Below, piece after piece: positions 1-6,496 of a stretch of DNA of 38,553 bases. Each line of letters starts with the position of its first letter. Position 1 is the stretch's first letter. This stretch comes from Escherichia phage T7, in the sequence record MG833025.1. The stretch is one strand, 5' to 3'. The notes under the pieces were generated by a model. That model searched no databases, was not told where the DNA came from, and saw only the letters and a program-made list of their open reading frames with translations. The translations under genes were made by a program, and so were the position numbers.

Positions 1-160
1 TCTCACAGTGTACGGACCTAAAGTTCCCCCATAGGGGGTACCTAAAGCCCAGCCAATCACCTAAAGTCAACCTTCGGTTGACCTTGAGGGTTCCCTAAGG
101 GTTGGGGATGACCCTTGGGTTTGTCTTTGGGTGTTACCTTGAGTGTCTCTCTGTGTCCCT
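1..160. repeat. Left direct terminal repeat, identical to 38394-38553
   Basis: The first 160 nt recur exactly at the right end; T7 has a 160-bp terminal redundancy. Confidence 0.95.
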
Positions 161-174
161 ATCTGTTACAGTCT

Positions 175-345
175 CCTAAAGTATCCTCCTAAAGTCACCT
201 CCTAACGTCCATCCTAAAGCCAACACCTAAAGCCTACACCTAAAGACCCATCAAGTCAACGCCTATCTTAAAGTTTAAACATAAAGACCAGACCTAAAGA
301 CCAGACCTAAAGACACTACATAAAGACCAGACCTAAAGACGCCTT
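175..345. repeat. Array of short CCTAAAG-family repeats next to the left terminal repeat
   Basis: Repeated cctaaag/acctaaag units, including the tandem agaccagacctaaag copies, are read directly; T7 has such repeats at its ends. Confidence 0.7.
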
Positions 346-387
346 GTTGTTAGCCATAAAGTGATAACCTTTAATCATTGTCTTTAT

Positions 388-410
388 TAATACAACTCAC
401 TATAAGGAGA
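388..410 (+). promoter_or_regulatory. T7 RNA polymerase promoter phiOL (left replication origin promoter)
   Basis: taatacaactcactataaggaga is a near-consensus 23-mer with +1 near 405. Confidence 0.85.
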
Positions 411-462
411 GACAACTTAAAGAGACTTAAAAGATTAATTTAAAATTTATCAAAAAGAGTAT

Positions 463-498
463 TGACTTAAAGTCTAACCTATAGGATACTTACAGCCA
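463..498 (+). promoter_or_regulatory. Host sigma70 early promoter A1
   Basis: -35 ttgact at 463-468 and -10 gatact at 485-490, at the known T7 A1 position. Confidence 0.85.
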
Positions 499-588
499 TC
501 GAGAGGGACACGGCGAATAGCCATCCCAATCGACACCGGGGTCAACCGGATAAGTAGACAGCCTGATAAGTCGCACGAAAAACAGGTA

Positions 589-626
589 TTGACAACATGA
601 AGTAACATGCAGTAAGATACAAATCG
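589..626 (+). promoter_or_regulatory. Host sigma70 early promoter A2
   Basis: -35 ttgaca at 589-594 and -10 taagat at 613-618. Confidence 0.85.
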
Positions 627-713
627 CTAGGTAACACTAGCAGCGTCAACCGGGCGCACAGTGCCTTCTAGGTGACTTAAGCGCACCACGGCACATAAGG
701 TGAAACAAAACGG

Positions 714-750
714 TTGACAACATGAAGTAAACACGGTACGATGTACCACA
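714..750 (+). promoter_or_regulatory. Host sigma70 early promoter A3
   Basis: -35 ttgaca at 714-719 and -10 tacgat at 737-742. Confidence 0.85.
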
Positions 751-924
751 TGAAACGACAGTGAGTCACCACACTGAAAGGTGATGCGGTCTAACGAAAC
801 CTGACCTAAGACGCTCTTTAACAATCTGGTAAATAGCTCTTGAGTGCATGACTAGCGGATAACTCAAGGGTATCGCAAGGTGCCCTTTATGATATTCACT
901 AATAACTGCACGAGGTAACACAAG

Positions 925-1278
925 ATGGCTATGTCTAACATGACTTACAACAACGTTTTCGACCACGCTTACGAAATGCTGAAAGAAAACATCCGTTATG
1001 ATGACATCCGTGACACTGATGACCTGCACGATGCTATTCACATGGCTGCCGATAATGCAGTTCCGCACTACTACGCTGACATCTTTAGCGTAATGGCAAG
1101 TGAGGGCATTGACCTTGAGTTCGAAGACTCTGGTCTGATGCCTGACACCAAGGACGTAATCCGCATCCTGCAAGCGCGTATCTATGAGCAATTAACGATT
1201 GACCTCTGGGAAGACGCAGAAGACTTGCTCAATGAATACTTGGAGGAAGTCGAGGAGTACGAGGAGGATGAAGAGTAA
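925..1278 (+). CDS. 0.3: Ocr, DNA-mimic inhibitor of type I restriction-modification
   Basis: 117-aa acidic protein [22 protein letters not shown]... matching T7 gp0.3, first gene after A1-A3. Confidence 0.95.
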
Positions 1279-1433
1279 TGTCTACTACCAACGTGCAATA
1301 CGGTCTGACCGCTCAAACTGTACTTTTCTATAGCGACATGGTGCGCTGTGGCTTTAACTGGTCACTCGCAATGGCACAGCTCAAAGAACTGTACGAAAAC
1401 AACAAGGCAATAGCTTTAGAATCTGCTGAGTGA
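1278..1433 (+). CDS. 0.4: Gene 0.4 small protein (51 aa)
   Basis: The ATG overlaps the 0.3 stop (taATG); [51 protein letters not shown]. It is below the ORF-track size cutoff. Confidence 0.8.
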   Translation: MSTTNVQYGLTAQTVLFYSDMVRCGFNWSLAMAQLKELYENNKAIALESAE

Positions 1434-1490
1434 TAGACTCAAGGTCGCTCCTAGCGAGTGGCCTTTTTGATTATCACTTTACTTATGAGG
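1434..1490 (+). promoter_or_regulatory. Probable RNase III processing site (R0.5-like) with the native gene 0.5 RBS
   Basis: actcaaggtcgctcctagcgagtggcc can form a hairpin like T7 RNase III sites; gaggga lies just before the ATG at 1496. Confidence 0.55.
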
Positions 1491-1495
1491 GAGTA

Positions 1496-2491
1496 ATGAG
1501 CATCGCGGCGACCCTGGAGAACGATCTGGCGCGTCTGGAAAACGAAAACGCTCGTCTCGAAAAAGACATCGCGAACCTGGAACGTGACCTGGCGAAACTG
1601 GAGCGTGAAGAAGCGTACTTCGGAGGTTCAGGTGGTAAGAACACTGGTGAAATCTCTGAGAAAGTCAAGCTGGGCACTAAGGCACTGGCTGGTCAATGGC
1701 TGGCTTACGGTGTTACTCGCAGTGTGACTAAGAGTTCAGTCATGACGCTGGCTTACGGGTCCAAAGAGTTCGGCTTCCGTCAACAAGTGCTGGAAGATAC
1801 CATTCAGCCAGCTATTGATTCCGGCAAGGGTCTGATGTTCACTCAGCCGAATCAGGCTGCTGGATACATGGCTAAGCTGATTTGGGAATCTGTGAGCGTG
1901 ACGGTGGTAGCTGCGGTTGAAGCAATGAACTGGCTTAAGTCTGCTGCTAAGCTGCTGGCTGCTGAGGTCAAAGATAAGAAGACTGGAGAGATTCTTCGCA
2001 AGCGTTGCGCTGTGCATTGGGTAACTCCTGATGGTTTCCCTGTGTGGCAGGAATACAAGAAGCCTATTCAGACGCGCTTGAACCTGATGTTCCTCGGTCA
2101 GTTCCGCTTACAGCCTACCATTAACACCAACAAAGATAGCGAGATTGATGCACACAAACAGGAGTCTGGTATCGCTCCTAACTTTGTACACAGCCAAGAC
2201 GGTAGCCACCTTCGTAAGACTGTAGTGTGGGCACACGAGAAGTACGGAATCGAATCTTTTGCACTGATTCACGACTCCTTCGGTACGATTCCGGCTGACG
2301 CTGCGAACCTGTTCAAAGCAGTGCGCGAAACTATGGTTGACACATATGAGTCTTGTGATGTACTGGCTGATTTCTACGACCAGTTCGCTGACCAGTTGCA
2401 CGAGTCTCAATTGGACAAAATGCCAGCACTTCCGGCTAAAGGTAACTTGAACCTCCGTGACATCTTAGAGTCGGACTTCGCGTTCGCGTAA
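1496..2491 (+). CDS. 1: Split T7 RNA polymerase, C-terminal fragment: Met, SYNZIP18-like coiled coil, GGSGG, Lys, polymerase residues 601-883 with apparent R632S
   Basis: Translation SIAATLENDLARLENENARLEKDIANLERDLAKLEREEAYF-GGSGG-KNTGEISEKV... runs to the polymerase C-terminus ...LRDILESDFAFA. It contains motif C (IHDSF, H811/D812) and the specificity-loop region. Confidence 0.93.
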   Translation: MSIAATLENDLARLENENARLEKDIANLERDLAKLEREEAYFGGSGGKNTGEISEKVKLGTKALAGQWLAYGVTRSVTKSSVMTLAYGSKEFGFRQQVLEDTIQPAIDSGKGLMFTQPNQAAGYMAKLIWESVSVTVVAAVEAMNWLKSAAKLLAAEVKDKKTGEILRKRCAVHWVTPDGFPVWQEYKKPIQTRLNLMFLGQFRLQPTINTNKDSEIDAHKQESGIAPNFVHSQDGSHLRKTVVWAHEKYGIESFALIHDSFGTIPADAANLFKAVRETMVDTYESCDVLADFYDQFADQLHESQLDKMPALPAKGNLNLRDILESDFAFA

Positions 2492-2510
2492 TAAAGAGGA
2501 GAAATACTAG
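2491..2510 (+). promoter_or_regulatory. Synthetic intercistronic RBS (aaagaggagaaa plus tactag spacer) after a double stop
   Basis: taataaagaggagaaatactagATG matches a standard synthetic-biology RBS part with an assembly scar; this is not native T7 sequence. Confidence 0.8.
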
Positions 2511-4463
2511 ATGAACACGATTAACATCGCTAAGAACGACTTCTCTGACATCGAACTGGCTGCTATCCCGTTCAACACTCTGGCTGACCATTACGGTGAG
2601 CGTTTAGCTCGCGAACAGTTGGCCCTTGAGCATGAGTCTTACGAGATGGGTGAAGCACGCTTCCGCAAGATGTTTGAGCGTCAACTTAAAGCTGGTGAGG
2701 TTGCGGATAACGCTGCCGCCAAGCCTCTCATCACTACCCTACTCCCTAAGATGATTGCACGCATCAACGACTGGTTTGAGGAAGTGAAAGCTAAGCGCGG
2801 CAAGCGCCCGACAGCCTTCCAGTTCCTGCAAGAAATCAAGCCGGAAGCCGTAGCGTACATCACCATTAAGACCACTCTGGCTTGCCTAACCAGTGCTGAC
2901 AATACAACCGTTCAGGCTGTAGCAAGCGCAATCGGTCGGGCCATTGAGGACGAGGCTCGCTTCGGTCGTATCCGTGACCTTGAAGCTAAGCACTTCAAGA
3001 AAAACGTTGAGGAACAACTCAACAAGCGCGTAGGGCACGTCTACAAGAAAGCATTTATGCAAGTTGTCGAGGCTGACATGCTCTCTAAGGGTCTACTCGG
3101 TGGCGAGGCGTGGTCTTCGTGGCATAAGGAAGACTCTATTCATGTAGGAGTACGCTGCATCGAGATGCTCATTGAGTCAACCGGAATGGTTAGCTTACAC
3201 CGCCAAAATGCTGGCGTAGTAGGTCAAGACTCTGAGACTATCGAACTCGCACCTGAATACGCTGAGGCTATCGCAACCCGTGCAGGTGCGCTGGCTGGCA
3301 TCTCTCCGATGTTCCAACCTTGCGTAGTTCCTCCTAAGCCGTGGACTGGCATTACTGGTGGTGGCTATTGGGCTAACGGTCGTCGTCCTCTGGCGCTGGT
3401 GCGTACTCACAGTAAGAAAGCACTGATGCGCTACGAAGACGTTTACATGCCTGAGGTGTACAAAGCGATTAACATTGCGCAAAACACCGCATGGAAAATC
3501 AACAAGAAAGTCCTAGCGGTCGCCAACGTAATCACCAAGTGGAAGCATTGTCCGGTCGAGGACATCCCTGCGATTGAGCGTGAAGAACTCCCGATGAAAC
3601 CGGAAGACATCGACATGAATCCTGAGGCTCTCACCGCGTGGAAACGTGCTGCCGCTGCTGTGTACCGCAAGGACAAGGCTCGCAAGTCTCGCCGTATCAG
3701 CCTTGAGTTCATGCTTGAGCAAGCCAATAAGTTTGCTAACCATAAGGCCATCTGGTTCCCTTACAACATGGACTGGCGCGGTCGTGTTTACGCTGTGTCA
3801 ATGTTCAACCCGCAAGGTAACGATATGACCAAAGGACTGCTTACGCTGGCGAAAGGTAAACCAATCGGTAAGGAAGGTTACTACTGGCTGAAAATCCACG
3901 GTGCAAACTGTGCGGGTGTCGACAAGGTTCCGTTCCCTGAGCGCATCAAGTTCATTGAGGAAAACCACGAGAACATCATGGCTTGCGCTAAGTCTCCACT
4001 GGAGAACACTTGGTGGGCTGAGCAAGATTCTCCGTTCTGCTTCCTTGCGTTCTGCTTTGAGTACGCTGGGGTACAGCACCACGGCCTGAGCTATAACTGC
4101 TCCCTTCCGCTGGCGTTTGACGGGTCTTGCTCTGGCATCCAGCACTTCTCCGCGATGCTCCGAGATGAGGTAGGTGGTCGCGCGGTTAACTTGCTTCCTA
4201 GTGAAACCGTTCAGGACATCTACGGGATTGTTGCTAAGAAAGTCAACGAGATTCTACAAGCAGACGCAATCAATGGGACCGATAACGAAGTAGTTACCGT
4301 GACCGATGAGAACGGAGGTTCAGGTGGTGGATCCAACGAAAAAGAAGAACTGAAATCCAAAAAAGCGGAACTGCGCAACCGTATCGAACAGCTGAAACAG
4401 AAACGTGAACAACTGAAGCAGAAAATCGCGAACCTGCGTAAAGAAATCGAAGCTTACAAATAA
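2511..4463 (+). CDS. 1: Split T7 RNA polymerase, N-terminal fragment: residues 1-601, GGSGGGS, SYNZIP17-like coiled coil
   Basis: MNTINIAKNDFSDIELAAIPFNTLADHYGERLAREQ... runs to ...NEVVTVTDEN, then GGSGGGS and NEKEELKSKKAELRNRIEQLKQKREQLKQKIANLRKEIEAYK. It contains motif A (D537). Confidence 0.93.
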   Translation: MNTINIAKNDFSDIELAAIPFNTLADHYGERLAREQLALEHESYEMGEARFRKMFERQLKAGEVADNAAAKPLITTLLPKMIARINDWFEEVKAKRGKRPTAFQFLQEIKPEAVAYITIKTTLACLTSADNTTVQAVASAIGRAIEDEARFGRIRDLEAKHFKKNVEEQLNKRVGHVYKKAFMQVVEADMLSKGLLGGEAWSSWHKEDSIHVGVRCIEMLIESTGMVSLHRQNAGVVGQDSETIELAPEYAEAIATRAGALAGISPMFQPCVVPPKPWTGITGGGYWANGRRPLALVRTHSKKALMRYEDVYMPEVYKAINIAQNTAWKINKKVLAVANVITKWKHCPVEDIPAIEREELPMKPEDIDMNPEALTAWKRAAAAVYRKDKARKSRRISLEFMLEQANKFANHKAIWFPYNMDWRGRVYAVSMFNPQGNDMTKGLLTLAKGKPIGKEGYYWLKIHGANCAGVDKVPFPERIKFIEENHENIMACAKSPLENTWWAEQDSPFCFLAFCFEYAGVQHHGLSYNCSLPLAFDGSCSGIQHFSAMLRDEVGGRAVNLLPSETVQDIYGIVAKKVNEILQADAINGTDNEVVTVTDENGGSGGGSNEKEELKSKKAELRNRIEQLKQKREQLKQKIANLRKEIEAYK

Positions 4464-4520
4464 GAGGGACAAACTCAAGGTCATTCGCAAGAGTGGCCTT
4501 TATGATTGACCTTCTTCCGG
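4464..4520 (+). promoter_or_regulatory. RNase III processing site R1.1 region
   Basis: gagggacaaactcaaggtcattcgcaagagtggcctttatgattgacc has a hairpin-capable actcaagg...gagtggcc motif like other T7 RNase III sites. Confidence 0.55.
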
Positions 4521-4521
4521 T

Positions 4522-4544
4522 TAATACGACTCACTATAGGAGAA
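4522..4544 (+). promoter_or_regulatory. T7 promoter phi1.1B
   Basis: taatacgactcactataggagaa, +1 near 4539. Confidence 0.9.
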
Positions 4545-4622
4545 CCTTAAGGTTTAACTTTAAGACCCTTAAGTGTTAATTAGAGATTTAAATTAAAGAA
4601 TTACTAAGAGAGGACTTTAAGT
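4545..4622. other. AT-rich region of the primary origin of replication
   Basis: AT-rich tract ttaaggtttaactttaag...agatttaaattaaagaattac just downstream of phi1.1B, where the T7 primary origin lies. Confidence 0.6.
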
Positions 4623-4751
4623 ATGCGTAACTTCGAAAAGATGACCAAACGTTCTAACCGTAATGCTCGTGACTTCGAGGCAACCAAAGGTCGCAAGTTG
4701 AATAAGACTAAGCGTGACCGCTCTCACAAGCGTAGCTGGGAGGGTCAGTAA
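4623..4751 (+). CDS. 1.1: Gene 1.1 small basic protein (42 aa)
   Basis: MRNFEKMTKRSNRNARDFEATKGRKLNKTKRDRSHKRSWEGQ with RBS gagagga upstream. Confidence 0.8.
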   Translation: MRNFEKMTKRSNRNARDFEATKGRKLNKTKRDRSHKRSWEGQ

Positions 4752-4752
4752 G

Positions 4753-5010
4753 ATGGGACGTTTATATAGTGGTAATCTGGCAGCATTCAAGGCAGCAACA
4801 AACAAGCTGTTCCAGTTAGACTTAGCGGTCATTTATGATGACTGGTATGATGCCTATACAAGAAAAGATTGCATACGGTTACGTATTGAGGACAGGAGTG
4901 GAAACCTGATTGATACTAGCACCTTCTACCACCACGACGAGGACGTTCTGTTCAATATGTGTACTGATTGGTTGAACCATATGTATGACCAGTTGAAGGA
5001 CTGGAAGTAA
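4753..5010 (+). CDS. 1.2: Gene 1.2, inhibitor of host dGTPase
   Basis: MGRLYSGNLAAFKAATNKLFQLDLAVIYDDWYDAY... 85 aa. Confidence 0.85.
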   Translation: MGRLYSGNLAAFKAATNKLFQLDLAVIYDDWYDAYTRKDCIRLRIEDRSGNLIDTSTFYHHDEDVLFNMCTDWLNHMYDQLKDWK

Positions 5011-5030
5011 TACGACTCAGTATAGGGACA
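5008..5030 (+). promoter_or_regulatory. T7 promoter phi1.3
   Basis: taatacgactcagtatagggaca, +1 near 5025. Confidence 0.9.
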
Positions 5031-5090
5031 ATGCTTAAGGTCGCTCTCTAGGAGTGGCCTTAGTCATTTAACCAATAGGAGATAAACATT

Positions 5091-6170
5091 ATGATGAACA
5101 TTAAGACTAACCCGTTTAAAGCCGTGTCTTTCGTAGAGTCTGCCATTAAGAAGGCTCTGGATAACGCTGGGTATCTTATCGCTGAAATCAAGTACGATGG
5201 TGTACGCGGGAACATCTGCGTAGACAATACTGCTAACAGTTACTGGCTCTCTCGTGTATCTAAAACGATTCCGGCACTGGAGCACTTAAACGGGTTTGAT
5301 GTTCGCTGGAAGCGTCTACTGAACGATGACCGTTGCTTCTACAAAGATGGCTTTATGCTTGATGGGGAACTCATGGTCAAGGGCGTAGACTTTAACACAG
5401 GGTCCGGCCTACTGCGTACCAAATGGACTGACACGAAGAACCAAGAGTTCCATGAAGAGTTATTCGTTGAACCAATCCGTAAGAAAGATAAAGTTCCCTT
5501 TAAGCTGCACACTGGACACCTTCACATAAAACTGTACGCTATCCTCCCGCTGCACATCGTGGAGTCTGGAGAAGACTGTGATGTCATGACGTTGCTCATG
5601 CAGGAACACGTTAAGAACATGCTGCCTCTGCTACAGGAATACTTCCCTGAAATCGAATGGCAAGCGGCTGAATCTTACGAGGTCTACGATATGGTAGAAC
5701 TACAGCAACTGTACGAGCAGAAGCGAGCAGAAGGCCATGAGGGTCTCATTGTGAAAGACCCGATGTGTATCTATAAGCGCGGTAAGAAATCTGGCTGGTG
5801 GAAAATGAAACCTGAGAACGAAGCTGACGGTATCATTCAGGGTCTGGTATGGGGTACAAAAGGTCTGGCTAATGAAGGTAAAGTGATTGGTTTTGAGGTG
5901 CTTCTTGAGAGTGGTCGTTTAGTTAACGCCACGAATATCTCTCGCGCCTTAATGGATGAGTTCACTGAGACAGTAAAAGAGGCCACCCTAAGTCAATGGG
6001 GATTCTTTAGCCCATACGGTATTGGCGACAACGATGCTTGTACTATTAACCCTTACGATGGCTGGGCGTGTCAAATTAGCTACATGGAGGAAACACCTGA
6101 TGGCTCTTTGCGGCACCCATCGTTCGTAATGTTCCGTGGCACCGAGGACAACCCTCAAGAGAAAATGTAA
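5091..6170 (+). CDS. 1.3: ATP-dependent DNA ligase
   Basis: 359 aa with the KYDGVRG adenylation motif (lysine nucleotidyltransferase motif I). Confidence 0.95.
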   Translation: MMNIKTNPFKAVSFVESAIKKALDNAGYLIAEIKYDGVRGNICVDNTANSYWLSRVSKTIPALEHLNGFDVRWKRLLNDDRCFYKDGFMLDGELMVKGVDFNTGSGLLRTKWTDTKNQEFHEELFVEPIRKKDKVPFKLHTGHLHIKLYAILPLHIVESGEDCDVMTLLMQEHVKNMLPLLQEYFPEIEWQAAESYEVYDMVELQQLYEQKRAEGHEGLIVKDPMCIYKRGKKSGWWKMKPENEADGIIQGLVWGTKGLANEGKVIGFEVLLESGRLVNATNISRALMDEFTETVKEATLSQWGFFSPYGIGDNDACTINPYDGWACQISYMEETPDGSLRHPSFVMFRGTEDNPQEKM

Positions 6171-6175
6171 TCACA

Positions 6176-6210
6176 CTGGCTCACCTTCGGGTGGGCCTTT
6201 CTGCGTTTAT
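6176..6210 (+). terminator. Early intrinsic terminator TE for host RNA polymerase
   Basis: GC-rich hairpin ggctcacc-ttcg-ggtgggcc followed by tttctgcgttta. Confidence 0.8.
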
Positions 6211-6223
6211 AAGGAGACACTTT

Positions 6224-6379
6224 ATGTTTAAGAAGGTTGGTAAATTCCTTGCGGCTTTGGCAGCTATCCTGACGCTTGCGTATATTCTTGCGGTATACCC
6301 TCAAGTAGCACTAGTAGTAGTTGGCGCTTGTTACTTAGCGGCAGTGTGTGCTTGCGTGTGGAGTATAGTTAACTGGTAA
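6224..6379 (+). CDS. 1.4: Gene 1.4 small hydrophobic protein (51 aa)
   Basis: MFKKVGKFLAALAAILTLAYILAV... with RBS aaggag 8 nt upstream; the ORF-track entry 6191-6379 is an upstream extension. Confidence 0.7.
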   Translation: MFKKVGKFLAALAAILTLAYILAVYPQVALVVVGACYLAAVCACVWSIVNW

Positions 6380-6399
6380 TACGACTCACTAAAGGAGGT
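6377..6399 (+). promoter_or_regulatory. T7 promoter phi1.5
   Basis: taatacgactcactaaaggaggt. Confidence 0.9.
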
Positions 6400-6406
6400 A
6401 CACACC

Positions 6407-6496
6407 ATGATGTACTTAATGCCATTACTCATCGTCATTGTAGGATGCCTTGCGCTCCACTGTAGCGATGATGATATGCCAGATGGTCACGCTTAA
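6407..6496 (+). CDS. 1.5: Gene 1.5 (29 aa)
   Basis: ATG after aggaggt; MMYLMPLLIVIVGCLALHCSDDDMPDGHA. Confidence 0.6.
   Translation: MMYLMPLLIVIVGCLALHCSDDDMPDGHA

Noticed and set aside
175-345. Short spaced repeats near the ends that could be taken for a CRISPR array
   Set aside because: The units are 7-8 bp with irregular spacing, there are no cas genes, and the position at the phage genome ends fits T7 end repeats.
766-1191. 141-aa minus-strand ORF overlapping gene 0.3
   Set aside because: It is antisense to a well-supported gene, has no promoter or RBS context, and T7 has no minus-strand genes.
1483-2410. Minus-strand ORFs inside the C-terminal polymerase fragment (1483-1677, 1736-2017, 1852-2058, 2108-2410)
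   Set aside because: These are antisense to a coding region with a clear homologue, so they are open by chance.
2681-4145. Several plus- and minus-strand ORFs nested in the N-terminal polymerase fragment
   Set aside because: They lie in alternative frames of a conserved polymerase gene with no start context; they are frame noise.
1496-4463. The two polymerase ORFs as a natural frameshifted or pseudogenised gene 1
   Set aside because: The fragments are in permuted order, each carries a Gly/Ser linker and designed coiled coil, and they are separated by a synthetic RBS; this is designed, not decay.
6191-6379. ORF-track entry with an upstream start for gene 1.4
   Set aside because: The upstream extension runs through the terminator hairpin; the ATG at 6224, with its RBS aaggag, is the better start.
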